Shown here: one piece after another, positions 1-8,783 of the stretch | How the letters are laid out: each line of letters begins with the position of its first letter | Position numbering within the stretch: position 1 is the first letter of the stretch | Source of the DNA: an uncultured Gammaproteobacteria bacterium | Lineage (GTDB): Bacteria > Patescibacteriota > Patescibacteriia > UBA11705 > JABHMO01 | Length of the DNA stretch: 64,000 nt | Direction: 5' to 3' | NCBI GenBank assembly: GCA_964565345.1 | Contig: CAZMEQ010000001.1 | Span: forward strand, 9,838-73,837 | The notes under the pieces: model-generated | The model's input: the letters and a program-made list of their open reading frames with translations, nothing else | Databases searched by the model: none | Told to the model about the DNA's origin: nothing | Made by a program: the position numbers and the translations under genes

Positions 1-77
1 TTTTGAGGCGTGCAGCCGCTAATAACCAAACCGGAAAGGCCAAGAACGCATAGAATAATAAGTTTTTTGGGATTCAT
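1..77 (-). CDS. N-terminal fragment of a lipoprotein (continues beyond window start)
   Basis: Reverse complement of 1..77 reads ATG then MNPKKLIILCVLGLSGLVISGCTPQ. This is a signal peptide with a canonical lipobox (I-S-G-C). The frame stays open to the window edge. Confidence 0.4.
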   Translation of the reverse strand, partial: MNPKKLIILCVLGLSGLVISGCTPQ

Positions 78-202
78 AAAAATTTGTTTTGCACATATAT
101 TTTAGCATGAAAGTAGTCAAAAGATAATAATTAAAAGGTTTTTTTGACGATTTTGTGTTTTTGTGTCGCTCATGTTTGACATAGTGTGGAAAAAACAAAA
201 AA

Positions 203-245
203 GTCTCCGTATTTTTATATGCGGAGCTTGTCTTTTTTTGTTATG
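203..245. terminator. Bidirectional hairpin terminator downstream of the minus-strand gene 268..1485
   Basis: Imperfect inverted repeat CTCCGTAT / ATGCGGAG with a T-run on the plus strand and an A-run (T-run on minus) on the other side. Confidence 0.35.
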
Positions 246-267
246 CGTACTTTTTATGAAAAAGTAT

Positions 268-1485
268 CTATTTTTTTATTCTAGTTTTTTTGAAAAGAAG
301 CGCCCAGAGTAAGGAAATAAAAATAGTCGCAGCTATAGTAATGGTCCCGTAAAGTAATAAAGTTTTGAAGTCAAATGAAAGTAGGTCAGCTGTTGCTAGG
401 GGCTCGCCTAATTGATTGTAAAAAAATAATTTTGCAGAAGGGAAAGCACCAAGGGTTATAAATGAAACAACAACACCAATTAAAAAGATGAATTGCAACT
501 GGTTTAGTGATCTTTGTTGCTGCTCACTGTAGGCGGAGTTTAAGTGATTTATTTTATTAATAAGATTTTTTTCGGTCATCAAAAATATGTTTTTAAGATA
601 ATCAAACAAATAACTAATTTCATCAAAATAATTAGTTGTAATCAATTTACTTGTTGAAATTAAATGTTGTTTTCTAAAATCAATGTTTAGCTGGATTTGT
701 TCAATTCTATTTTGGATATTGCTAACATTCTTTGCATGTTCTGATAGTTTTTCGCTAGCGTCAATTAGTTTTGAGGCAATAACAGACTTACTGCTAACAA
801 GTTTTTCGGCGTCATCCCAGATGTAACGATGCGTTTGTAAAAGAGCATCGGCATGTTTTTTTGCTTCGTTGTAGAAAATTAAAAAATTAATTAAATTTTT
901 TTTTGCATTTTCACTAATTGAATTATCAATTAGAGTTTGTGAGCCTGAAGTAAAAACGTTTTTGCCTTCTAATTTCGTTGTTGTGTATTTTTGTCCCTGA
1001 TAAAGCAGTTCAGCATCCTCTTTCTTAGGGTTTTGAGCTAGTAAATAGATTGTTTTCTCGGAGCCAGGAAGTCGAATTATTTCCATTCCTTTGGCGCCCG
1101 AGCTATAAAGATAACTTAAAATAGGGGTAAGTACTTTGTTATAAAATTTTTCTATTTGTTTTTTTGCCCTTTTTACGTCCGCTGTTGTAAGCTGGACAGT
1201 TAGGAGACCATCTTCGTAATAGCAAAACTCGAAAACTCCGGAAAAAACCTGTAAGCCACGAATATTGTTTTCGTTTGTGAGGTGGATACTTTTTATCGTC
1301 AGGCGTTTATGTAAATCCTTAGCCTTGTCTAAATTAAGGCTAGGAATCACATTTTTGTTAATTAAAAAATTATAAAATTCATTGAAGTGGACACTTGTTT
1401 TGGGAAACCAGCTTCCGATGATGATAGAACATAATCGCATATGCAAAAAAACAATTTTTATTTTAGCTCTATTTAATTTTATCAT
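268..1485 (-). CDS. hypothetical membrane protein (coiled-coil region plus two C-terminal TM helices; CorA-like topology but no GMN motif)
   Basis: 405-aa ORF. Two hydrophobic helices at the C-terminus (FIFLIGVVVSFITLGAF, LLLYGTITIAATIFISLLWALLF). The start is uncertain; M16 is an alternative. Confidence 0.5.
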   Translation of the reverse strand: MIKLNRAKIKIVFLHMRLCSIIIGSWFPKTSVHFNEFYNFLINKNVIPSLNLDKAKDLHKRLTIKSIHLTNENNIRGLQVFSGVFEFCYYEDGLLTVQLTTADVKRAKKQIEKFYNKVLTPILSYLYSSGAKGMEIIRLPGSEKTIYLLAQNPKKEDAELLYQGQKYTTTKLEGKNVFTSGSQTLIDNSISENAKKNLINFLIFYNEAKKHADALLQTHRYIWDDAEKLVSSKSVIASKLIDASEKLSEHAKNVSNIQNRIEQIQLNIDFRKQHLISTSKLITTNYFDEISYLFDYLKNIFLMTEKNLINKINHLNSAYSEQQQRSLNQLQFIFLIGVVVSFITLGAFPSAKLFFYNQLGEPLATADLLSFDFKTLLLYGTITIAATIFISLLWALLFKKTRIKK

Positions 1486-1514
1486 TTTTATAGAATTAAA
1501 GATAGAAGTTTTTT

Positions 1515-2453
1515 GTGTTGAAAAAAGAAGTAAAATTGGGTATAATTAAATTTATGAATAAAAAAATAATAGTAGTACAAGGACCTACCGCCAGTGGCAA
1601 ATCATCTTTGGCTCTTAAACTAGCCCAAAAGTTTAATGGATTTTTGATTTCCGCGGATTCACGCATGGTTTATAAAGGAATGGATATAGGGACAAATAAA
1701 GATAAGGTCGAGTGGGTGAAGGACAAATTTTTTGTTCAGGGAGTGGAGGAAAAAATGATTGATCTAATACCCCCGGATCAAGATTATTGTGTTGATGATT
1801 GGGTTAAGCAGGTACGTTCAATAATTAAGGCTGACAAAAGGTTGCCAATTATTGTGGGCGGGACAGGTTTTTACACCCAAGCTTTAATTTATAATTTTAA
1901 GCTACCTGTTGGTAAAAATGCTAAGTTACGCGAACTATTGGAGAGGGAATTGGTAGAAAAGGGCATTGATGATTTGGTTAAGCAGATTCAAAAAATCGAT
2001 CCTGATATCGAATCAAAGATTGATATTCATAATCCACGACGTGTTGTGAGAGCCCTGGAAATTTGTTCACAAACACAAAAACCACTGGAACGTATAGCCG
2101 GAAAGCCGATCTATGATGTTTTACAGCTGGGCGTGAGTTTTGACCGAGAAAAATTATACGAAAAAATAGATAAACGAGTTGATGAAATGATAAAAGAGGG
2201 CCTAGTTGAGGAGGTGCAAGGGCTATTAAAACAAGGATATACAAAAAATATTCCAGCCATGACGGGCATTGGTTATCGGCAAATTGTGGAGTACCTAGAA
2301 GGCTCTAGAACGTTTGAAGAAGCTATTGATTTGATAAAAAGAGATACTCGCCGTTATGCTAAACGCCAAATCACTTGGCTAAAAAGAGATAAAACGATCC
2401 AGTGGGTTAAGAGCCTAAGTGAAGCGGAAAAAGTATTAAAGAAATTTATCTAA
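1515..2453 (+). CDS. miaA: tRNA dimethylallyltransferase (tRNA isopentenyltransferase)
   Basis: P-loop IIVVQGPTASGKSSLALKLA followed by SADSRMVYKGMDIGTNK, typical of the MiaA N-terminus. About 300 aa. Confidence 0.9.
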   Translation: MLKKEVKLGIIKFMNKKIIVVQGPTASGKSSLALKLAQKFNGFLISADSRMVYKGMDIGTNKDKVEWVKDKFFVQGVEEKMIDLIPPDQDYCVDDWVKQVRSIIKADKRLPIIVGGTGFYTQALIYNFKLPVGKNAKLRELLERELVEKGIDDLVKQIQKIDPDIESKIDIHNPRRVVRALEICSQTQKPLERIAGKPIYDVLQLGVSFDREKLYEKIDKRVDEMIKEGLVEEVQGLLKQGYTKNIPAMTGIGYRQIVEYLEGSRTFEEAIDLIKRDTRRYAKRQITWLKRDKTIQWVKSLSEAEKVLKKFI

Positions 2454-2479
2454 AATTAGATAAATTTCTTTGTTTTTAC

Positions 2480-2508
2480 TTGATTTATATCAAAAAACAT
2501 GCTATAAT
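2480..2508 (+). promoter_or_regulatory. sigma70-like promoter driving the GC-rich gene 2566..3072
   Basis: TTGATT at 2480-2485, 17-bp spacer, TATAAT at 2503-2508 with an upstream TGC (extended -10, TGCTATAAT). It lies in low-GC DNA directly abutting the high-GC ORF. Confidence 0.5.
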
Positions 2509-2565
2509 ATAATGTTCGGAGTTGAATTCCGATCGATCAATCCAATTCAAGAAGGAGGTGTTCTC

Positions 2566-3072
2566 ATGAAACGCATGATGCGTTCGATCCTGGTTCTCGT
2601 TCTGGCGGTGGTGTTCTGCAGCGGCTGCGACTTCATCATGGTAGACCCGTACTCCTGCACCTACGACGAGCAGTGTGGCGACGGTCACTACTGTGATCTG
2701 GACAGCTACACCTGCTTCCTCGTCGCCTGGGAGTTCGGTGGCCCCAACTGGTGTTTCGAGGATTCCCAGTGCGGTCCCGGCTACGTCTGCAACCCTGCCG
2801 ACAATTTCTGCTACGAGGAGGGGAACGTAGGGTACCATCCGGAGGATCAGAACTACTTTACTGGGTGGGATGAGAGCACTGGGCAGTGCAAGAACCAGTC
2901 GCACTGTCGCCCCAACGAAATCTGCGCCAACGGCTGGTGCACGCTTCCGGCAGGTAGCCACAACGGCAACGAGCCGGGCTACTACGACAACGATGGCCGG
3001 TGCCAGGACCACACGCAGTGCGCCAGCGACGAGGTCTGCGCCAACGGTTGGTGCACCGAGGCGCATTGGTAG
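2566..3072 (+). CDS. secreted cysteine-rich repeat protein (signal peptide; four C-x5-6-C-x5-C-x5-6-C modules, two ending CANGWCT); high-GC island 1
   Basis: RBS GAAGGAGGTG lies 6 nt before ATG 2566. The N-terminus is MKRMMRSILVLVLAVVFCSGC. Repeats include CKNQSHCRPNEICANGWCT and CQDHTQCASDEVCANGWCT. G+C is far above the flanks, and the antisense shadow ORFs are typical of a high-GC gene. Confidence 0.7.
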   Translation: MKRMMRSILVLVLAVVFCSGCDFIMVDPYSCTYDEQCGDGHYCDLDSYTCFLVAWEFGGPNWCFEDSQCGPGYVCNPADNFCYEEGNVGYHPEDQNYFTGWDESTGQCKNQSHCRPNEICANGWCTLPAGSHNGNEPGYYDNDGRCQDHTQCASDEVCANGWCTEAHW

Positions 3073-3080
3073 ACAACAAA

Positions 3081-3112
3081 GGCCCCCCGATTCCCAAGTG
3101 AATCGGGGGGCC
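3081..3112 (+). terminator. perfect GC hairpin terminator of island 1
   Basis: GGCCCCCCGATTC ccaagtg GAATCGGGGGGCC, a 13-bp perfect stem immediately after stop 3070-3072. T-rich DNA follows. Confidence 0.7.
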
Positions 3113-3127
3113 TGTTCGTACATTTTT

Positions 3128-4681
3128 TTATTTTGCTAAATATTCTTGCAATAGTTTTTCTGTTACCTGCGGATCTGCCTTCCCCTTGGTTTCGCGCATA
3201 ATCAAACCGAGAAAATATTTTATCACCACCGTTTTTCCTGATTTATATTCAGCGACTTGTTCTGGATATTCGGCTACGGTTTTTATTATTATGTCGTTTA
3301 AAGCGCCTTCATCGCTAGTTTGAGAGAGGTCTAAATCTTCCATTATGTGTGAAGGGTCGGCTCCGGTTTCGGACATTTTTTTTAAAATAGTTTGAGCGGC
3401 TGCGCTATTAATTTTACTTTCATAGACAAGACAAATAAATTCGGCAAAATTTTCAGCCGTTATGTTACTCGAGTTAAAAGAAAGTCCAGATTCAGAAAGC
3501 AAAGGGAGGTATTTATTAACGAGCCAGTTAGAAACCAATTTGATTAATTTCGTTTTGTTATTAGCCCAAACTTCATCCTTGTTGCCACTAACATTATCGA
3601 GAGTTTCGATCCAATCCTTTAACTCAGTGATGACGTTTTCAGTAAACGAGGCCAATTTTTTATTTTCAGTTATTATTTTAGCTTCCTCGCCCGTGAAACT
3701 GTACATGTCCACAAAGCGACGTCTTTTATCTTGAGGGAGCTCGGGTATGGAAGATTTTATTTCAAGAATTTCTGCTTCGGTAATGTTTAATGGTGGCAAA
3801 TCTGGCTCGGGAAAGTAGCGATAATCGCTTTCGCCTTCTTTAACACGTTGGCTTATGGTTGTGCCACTAGCCTCGTCCCAACCGCGAGTTTCTTCTTTCT
3901 CCGGTGGAGTATTAGCTAACCAAAGGAGAGTTTGTCTTTCGACTTCATAGGCGAGCGCGCGTTCCAGCGCTTTAAAGGAATTGATGTTTTTTAATTCTGT
4001 TTTGGGGTAAAGTTTTTTGTCACTGACTGGTCGTAAAGAAATATTGCCATCACAACGCAGCTGTCCTTTTTCCATGTCTGCATCAGAAACATTTAAGTGG
4101 CGCATAATCAGTTGCAACTCTTGCCCAAAGGTTTTGGCTTCTTGCGGGCTGGAGAGGTCCGGTGCAGTTACAATCTCAATGAGTGGCGCTCCGCCACGAT
4201 TATAGTCAATTAAAGTTCCATCGCTGATATGCGTCGATTTGGCGGCATCTTCTTCCATATGCAAACGGATAATGCCAATTCTTTTTAGTTGTGTTTCATC
4301 TGTTAAGGAGCCAGCTAAACCATCACGAGCCTGCCAGTTTATAACCAAAGACCCACTTAAAGCGAGTGGTTTGTCGTATTGGGAGATTTGGTAGCCTTTA
4401 GGTAAGTCAGGATAAAAATAATTTTTCCGATCGAATTTGGTAAATTGAGTAATACTACAATTTAAAGCTAGGGCCGCCTTTATGGCCATGTTTACAGCTT
4501 CTTCGTTAATGGTGGGTAATACTCCTGGGTGACCTAAGCAGATAGGGCAGACATTGACATTGGGCTCCTTGGGGTCATTTTCGTTGGGGCAAGCACAAAA
4601 CATTTTAGTTTTTGTTTTGAGTTGAACATGGAATTCTAGCCCAATTATAGCTTCTAATTTCATAGGATAATGGTTAATCAA
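3128..4681 (-). CDS. gatB: Asp-tRNA(Asn)/Glu-tRNA(Gln) amidotransferase subunit B
   Basis: N-terminus EAIIGLEFHVQLKTKTKMFCACPNE is GatB-like, plus a C-terminal GatB/YqeY-like tail. 517 aa. Confidence 0.9.
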   Translation of the reverse strand: MINHYPMKLEAIIGLEFHVQLKTKTKMFCACPNENDPKEPNVNVCPICLGHPGVLPTINEEAVNMAIKAALALNCSITQFTKFDRKNYFYPDLPKGYQISQYDKPLALSGSLVINWQARDGLAGSLTDETQLKRIGIIRLHMEEDAAKSTHISDGTLIDYNRGGAPLIEIVTAPDLSSPQEAKTFGQELQLIMRHLNVSDADMEKGQLRCDGNISLRPVSDKKLYPKTELKNINSFKALERALAYEVERQTLLWLANTPPEKEETRGWDEASGTTISQRVKEGESDYRYFPEPDLPPLNITEAEILEIKSSIPELPQDKRRRFVDMYSFTGEEAKIITENKKLASFTENVITELKDWIETLDNVSGNKDEVWANNKTKLIKLVSNWLVNKYLPLLSESGLSFNSSNITAENFAEFICLVYESKINSAAAQTILKKMSETGADPSHIMEDLDLSQTSDEGALNDIIIKTVAEYPEQVAEYKSGKTVVIKYFLGLIMRETKGKADPQVTEKLLQEYLAK

Positions 4682-4702
4682 TCATTATTTTAGCATTATT
4701 TT

Positions 4703-4740
4703 AGTGAAAATAAAACTCTGCATTTTAGGTGGCAGAGCTT
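4703..4740 (-). terminator. hairpin terminator ending the deoxypyrimidine operon
   Basis: On the minus strand: GCTCTGC cacctaaaat GCAGAG followed by TTTTATTTT, immediately after the tmk-tdk stop. Confidence 0.5.
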
Positions 4741-4746
4741 TATTCA

Positions 4747-6087
4747 TTATGAAGAATAATGTTTTTTATACTTGTTCTTGCAATGACGGCACAGTGCTAT
4801 GTATTGTTTGTCTCCCACCAAAATTTTTCCATCTAGTTGTTGTCTAGCGTTATTATCTAGCCAGCTCTTATTAGCTGTTTGACTCCCACATTCTACGCAA
4901 ACGGCTAGTTCTTTAGTTACAAATTCTGCTTCCACCATCAAAGCCGGTACTGGTCCAAAACCTTCATCGTCAAAAGTTTGATCTAAGCCGACAACAATAA
5001 CCCGCAACTTATAATCTTCAGCCAATCTTTTGCAAACTTGGACCAGGGAAAAATGGCAGAAATGTGCTTCTTCAATCACGACTGTAGTAACTTTTGGGTT
5101 ATATTGTTCGATATATTGGAGTATTAAGCTAGGTTGATCTTTGGGGAACTCAATGGCCGAAAAAACTTTGCCATTGCGGCTAACTAATTTCCCGGCAGTA
5201 TTAATATTCGCACCGGTTTCAGAAATAGTAATTTCTCGTTTTGATTCCTGTGGAGTAAAGATTAAAACTTCACGATTTTTTGACAAAAGTTCTTTTTCAA
5301 TTCTTTTGGCCGCTTCAGTGCTTTTGCCAGAAAACATACAGCCGCAAATAACTTCTATCCAACCTTCTTTGTTGGTTTCCATGATAGGTGGTTTTACATT
5401 TAAGAGTTGTTCTACTTCTTTCCAAACAGCGTTTTGTATTTCTTCACGAGTCATAATGCTATTGTTTCTGGTACATTCAATAAGCTTAAAGTTTGGATAA
5501 CTGGCAATTTCTAAATATGTTTGTTCGGCTCGTCTTAGGTGTTCAATATCTTCTTCATGAATGTCTTTTGTTTTGCCTTTCCAATCTTCGCGATGTCGTT
5601 CTTGGGCTAATTGTTGTGCGATATGCGAATCAACATGCAAAATGATATTCAAATCTGGCTGCGGAATTTTAAAAAGATTATATTCTAAATCGTAAAGCCA
5701 GTCGAAAAAGACTTTGCGTTCTTCGCTGTCATGGAGCTTTGCGCCTTGATGTCCCATGTTGGCTGAAACATAGCGATTGCTTACAACTATTTTACCTTCT
5801 TCGAGCCAGCGGCGTATTTTAAAGCTGGCATCATAACGGTCGCAAGCATAAAAGATTGAAGATATTTTGGGGTTGACTTGATCAGCTGTGCCATATTTGC
5901 CACTCAAGTATTCTTCCACTAATCCTGCCGATTTTGTATTGTATTGAGGGAAATCAGCGATTTCTACAGCAAAACCACGTTGCTTTAGGTTTTCTAAAAG
6001 TAGCGAGAACTGGGTTGTTTTTCCAGAACCGTCTGTCCCATCAATAACAATAAATTTTCCAGGCAAGTTTTGCATAAATTTATTCAT
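4747..6087 (-). CDS. fused thymidylate kinase (N-terminal) / thymidine kinase (C-terminal) bifunctional protein
   Basis: N-terminal half has FIVIDGTDGSGKTT, a P-loop and a CDRY motif (Tmk). C-terminal half has ICGCMFSGKSTE, VIEEAHF, GLDQTFDDEGF and a terminal C-x2-C...C-x2-C zinc ribbon (type II Tdk). Confidence 0.8.
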   Translation of the reverse strand: MNKFMQNLPGKFIVIDGTDGSGKTTQFSLLLENLKQRGFAVEIADFPQYNTKSAGLVEEYLSGKYGTADQVNPKISSIFYACDRYDASFKIRRWLEEGKIVVSNRYVSANMGHQGAKLHDSEERKVFFDWLYDLEYNLFKIPQPDLNIILHVDSHIAQQLAQERHREDWKGKTKDIHEEDIEHLRRAEQTYLEIASYPNFKLIECTRNNSIMTREEIQNAVWKEVEQLLNVKPPIMETNKEGWIEVICGCMFSGKSTEAAKRIEKELLSKNREVLIFTPQESKREITISETGANINTAGKLVSRNGKVFSAIEFPKDQPSLILQYIEQYNPKVTTVVIEEAHFCHFSLVQVCKRLAEDYKLRVIVVGLDQTFDDEGFGPVPALMVEAEFVTKELAVCVECGSQTANKSWLDNNARQQLDGKILVGDKQYIALCRHCKNKYKKHYSS

Positions 6088-7066
6088 TTATAATCCCTTT
6101 GGTAAAAGGAACCTCCTTGTGGATTAGCTCGATAATTTTTAGCGTGAATGGATTGTTTATTTTACTCAGTTCAAAAAAACCTTGCAAATCAAGATCAAGC
6201 AACGCGGTTTGTTTAACACCTAGAGGGAGTACATAGTGATTATGGGTTTTTTCAAAGTGTGCTTTAATACGATCTAGAATTTTTATCACTTCAGGATAAT
6301 GTTTTGTTTCGTTAAGCCTATTGCTAGTGTCTTTTAAATTTTGGAAATTTGGTTGTCGAATAATCAGGCTGAATTTCCCCGTTGTAAAAAGGGGAATAAG
6401 ATCAAAAAGAGCAGTTTTTATTTTTAGAGTGCAAAAGGGTTTAGTGAAAATTATTTTTGGTATTTTGTAGGCTGTTTCTCGTTGGCAAATTTGTTCAATA
6501 TAATTTTCTTTTTGCTCCAATGTCATTAAGTCTATCTTTTCTGATATTTTCGCTATTGTTTCTGATTTAGATTGTAAGAGATGGTAAAATATTATTTTGT
6601 TTTCTATGGAGTGATCGAGATCAATTAGATTTATATCTCCAGAGCTGTCCATCTGAGGTGTAACCGAGTTGCTAATTGGTTCATTCTTATGTTTTATTGT
6701 CGTTGATTCCAAAATAATTTTCTCGGCTATGTTTTTTAGTTCATAGCTATTACTGTGCGACCACTTATGTACTAGCTGTAACCAATCTCCGGTAGGAATA
6801 AGAAATTCTAGCTGTACTAATCGGCCTAATGGGACTAGCTCAGGTAAATTAAATTGTTGGGCACTTCTTAATAATAAGTCAGTTAACTCAAAATATTTTT
6901 GTCTATCGGAAAAATTATCATCGACATAACAATCATTTCTTTCTAGGTACCAAAATTTCAAAAGCGCACTATTGGTACAAATTTCAATTAAGCTCCAATA
7001 AGACAATCCTGCAATATTAACGCGGACGATATCCTCCGTAATATTTGTCACTTGGGTCTCTGGCAT
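6080..7066 (-). CDS. hypothetical protein embedded in the deoxypyrimidine operon
   Basis: 328-aa ORF with no recognisable motifs. It overlaps the downstream gene by 8 nt and lies 1 nt from the upstream gene, so it is co-transcribed. Confidence 0.55.
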   Translation of the reverse strand: MPETQVTNITEDIVRVNIAGLSYWSLIEICTNSALLKFWYLERNDCYVDDNFSDRQKYFELTDLLLRSAQQFNLPELVPLGRLVQLEFLIPTGDWLQLVHKWSHSNSYELKNIAEKIILESTTIKHKNEPISNSVTPQMDSSGDINLIDLDHSIENKIIFYHLLQSKSETIAKISEKIDLMTLEQKENYIEQICQRETAYKIPKIIFTKPFCTLKIKTALFDLIPLFTTGKFSLIIRQPNFQNLKDTSNRLNETKHYPEVIKILDRIKAHFEKTHNHYVLPLGVKQTALLDLDLQGFFELSKINNPFTLKIIELIHKEVPFTKGIINE

Positions 7067-7067
7067 A

Positions 7068-7622
7068 TTACGCTTGGAGTTCTGTTAAAAGAGTTTCTAG
7101 CTGTTGGTAGAGTTCTTCTTTGGTGCCGTCGTTATTAATTTTAGTCTCAGCCTCGGCTACTACTTGGGGGATTGTTATTTCTGTCTCTTTTGTTTGGTCC
7201 AATTTGAATTGTTCAAAAGTTTTGTTTTTATCGTCCGGATTTTCGCTGCGTTCGATGATGCGATTGTAGCGCTTCATTTCGTCGGCATAGATGTGAATTA
7301 GGTGAAAATTGGGTAGGGTTTTTAAGTATTTAATATCAGCCACTCTTCTTATGCCATCCACACAAACAATTTCGTTGGTGTCGTTTTCAACATCTTTTGT
7401 AATAACTTTAGCAAAAAGATCTTCACCAAAATTTTGGCGTAGAACAGTGGATAGATTCTGCATGTTTTCTCGTGCTTGCGGCAAGTATAACCGATCCAAA
7501 ATATCGCGCATGATAGTGGAGAATTTATAATAACCGGCACCGTATTTTTCAATAAAGTAATCGCAGGCTGTCCCTTTGCCGCTGGCGATTTCACCAACAA
7601 ATCCAATGATTAATTTTTTCAT
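7068..7622 (-). CDS. P-loop nucleoside-monophosphate kinase-like protein (AMP/CMP/dNMP kinase superfamily)
   Basis: IIGFVGEIASGKGT Walker A of the adenylate-kinase type (GKGT). 184 aa. Sits between the dCMP-deaminase-like and tmk-tdk genes. Confidence 0.5.
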   Translation of the reverse strand: MKKLIIGFVGEIASGKGTACDYFIEKYGAGYYKFSTIMRDILDRLYLPQARENMQNLSTVLRQNFGEDLFAKVITKDVENDTNEIVCVDGIRRVADIKYLKTLPNFHLIHIYADEMKRYNRIIERSENPDDKNKTFEQFKLDQTKETEITIPQVVAEAETKINNDGTKEELYQQLETLLTELQA

Positions 7623-7625
7623 AGT

Positions 7626-8096
7626 TTATCTTTTAAAAAGTTCCCAAGCTTTTTCTACTAAGTAGACATTTTTTATACCACCTTTGATCATCGCGTTCCA
7701 GCAAGACTTACAGCACCACCAATGTCCATACATGTAAACATCAGCGCCTTCAGTTTTTATTTTATTTTTTTTAGCCTCGGCCATTAATCTCGATTCAGAA
7801 TGTTGTTTTGATGTCGCACAGCCAGGACATAACCAATACCCCTTGCCACTGGGAACTTTTAAAATTCGTCGCGCACAATATTTGCTGTGTAGTTTAATCA
7901 GTTTGGGATTAATCAGTTTGGACATGTTCGAAGCGCGGGCGACTATTTGGCCATCTTTAACCATAACTATCCCAATGGGATTTTTGGCGTCAGTGGATGC
8001 GGCCTGCATTTTTTTTGCTTCTAACATGAATTGGTTCTCGGCTGGTACATAGAGTATTTCTCGATCGGCGGGTAAATATGGGTAGGGGATGGTCAT
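7626..8096 (-). CDS. dCMP/cytidine deaminase-family zinc enzyme
   Basis: H-S-E (QHSESRLMAEA) followed about 30 aa later by WCCKSCWNAMIKGGI, matching the H(A)E ... PCxxC zinc-ligand pattern of ComEB/dCMP deaminases. Confidence 0.7.
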   Translation of the reverse strand: MTIPYPYLPADREILYVPAENQFMLEAKKMQAASTDAKNPIGIVMVKDGQIVARASNMSKLINPKLIKLHSKYCARRILKVPSGKGYWLCPGCATSKQHSESRLMAEAKKNKIKTEGADVYMYGHWWCCKSCWNAMIKGGIKNVYLVEKAWELFKR

Positions 8097-8098
8097 AG

Positions 8099-8776
8099 TC
8101 AGATTTTTAATTTAAATTGAGTTTTGAGTTCATCAATTTTACCGGCTTTGATTAAGTCTACCTCTTCATTTGCATCAATTTTCGCTTCTAGACCATATGG
8201 AGTAGATCCAATATATTTTCCAGTTTGTTTTCCGTGTGCCTTAGCTTCTTCTTCGCTTAATTCACTGGCTAATTCAAATAATTGGAGCTGGCAAATTCTT
8301 TCACCCGGATAAATTTTGATGATGTGATTACTGTTGTTTACGACTGGAATGGTAAGCTGGCCACTGTAACGGCAATCAACTACGCCAGTGTTTATTTGTA
8401 ATCCGCGGCGGAGTGCTGAACTTCTGGGGAAAAGATTGCCGGCGATTCGGCCTGTATTTAAGGTTATTTTCTCTAAGGTCGAAATAATTATTGTTTCCTT
8501 GGGAAGTATTTCAAAAAATTGACCTGGTTTTAATTTTATTAACTTGAAGTATTCTTCTACGTTTTGGTAATCCAAATAGTCAGCAATTACCGCTAAGCGT
8601 CCTTTGTCGTTATATTTCCAGGTGTCAGGGATATAAAAACTCCAACCCACGCGTAAATCAATGGAATTCGGTTGCAATTGATATTCATCAAGTTCAGGCG
8701 TAAAGACTAGGGCCCCGCTGGAAATTAAATTTTGCATTTCTTTTTTCGTCAGTACCATAGGATTATTGTTAGTCAA
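8099..8776 (-). CDS. dcd: dCTP deaminase/dUTPase-superfamily protein
   Basis: QPNSIDLRVG and PRSSALRRGLQINTGVVDCRYSG motifs match Dcd/dUTPase family signatures. Confidence 0.75.
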   Translation of the reverse strand: MTNNNPMVLTKKEMQNLISSGALVFTPELDEYQLQPNSIDLRVGWSFYIPDTWKYNDKGRLAVIADYLDYQNVEEYFKLIKLKPGQFFEILPKETIIISTLEKITLNTGRIAGNLFPRSSALRRGLQINTGVVDCRYSGQLTIPVVNNSNHIIKIYPGERICQLQLFELASELSEEEAKAHGKQTGKYIGSTPYGLEAKIDANEEVDLIKAGKIDELKTQFKLKI

Positions 8777-8783
8777 ATTTAGA

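Noticed and set aside
1978-2244. 88-aa minus ORF inside miaA, and similar short antisense ORFs inside gyrB, gatB, pheT and the surface-protein genes
   Set aside because: They lie fully within strongly supported genes on the opposite strand and have no independent evidence.
2485-3139. ORFs 2485..3123 (-), 2858..3097 (-) and 2870..3139 (+) in the ORF track
   Set aside because: These are antisense or alternative-frame shadow ORFs, typical of high-GC coding DNA. They have no RBS or start context and overlap the well-supported Cys-rich gene.
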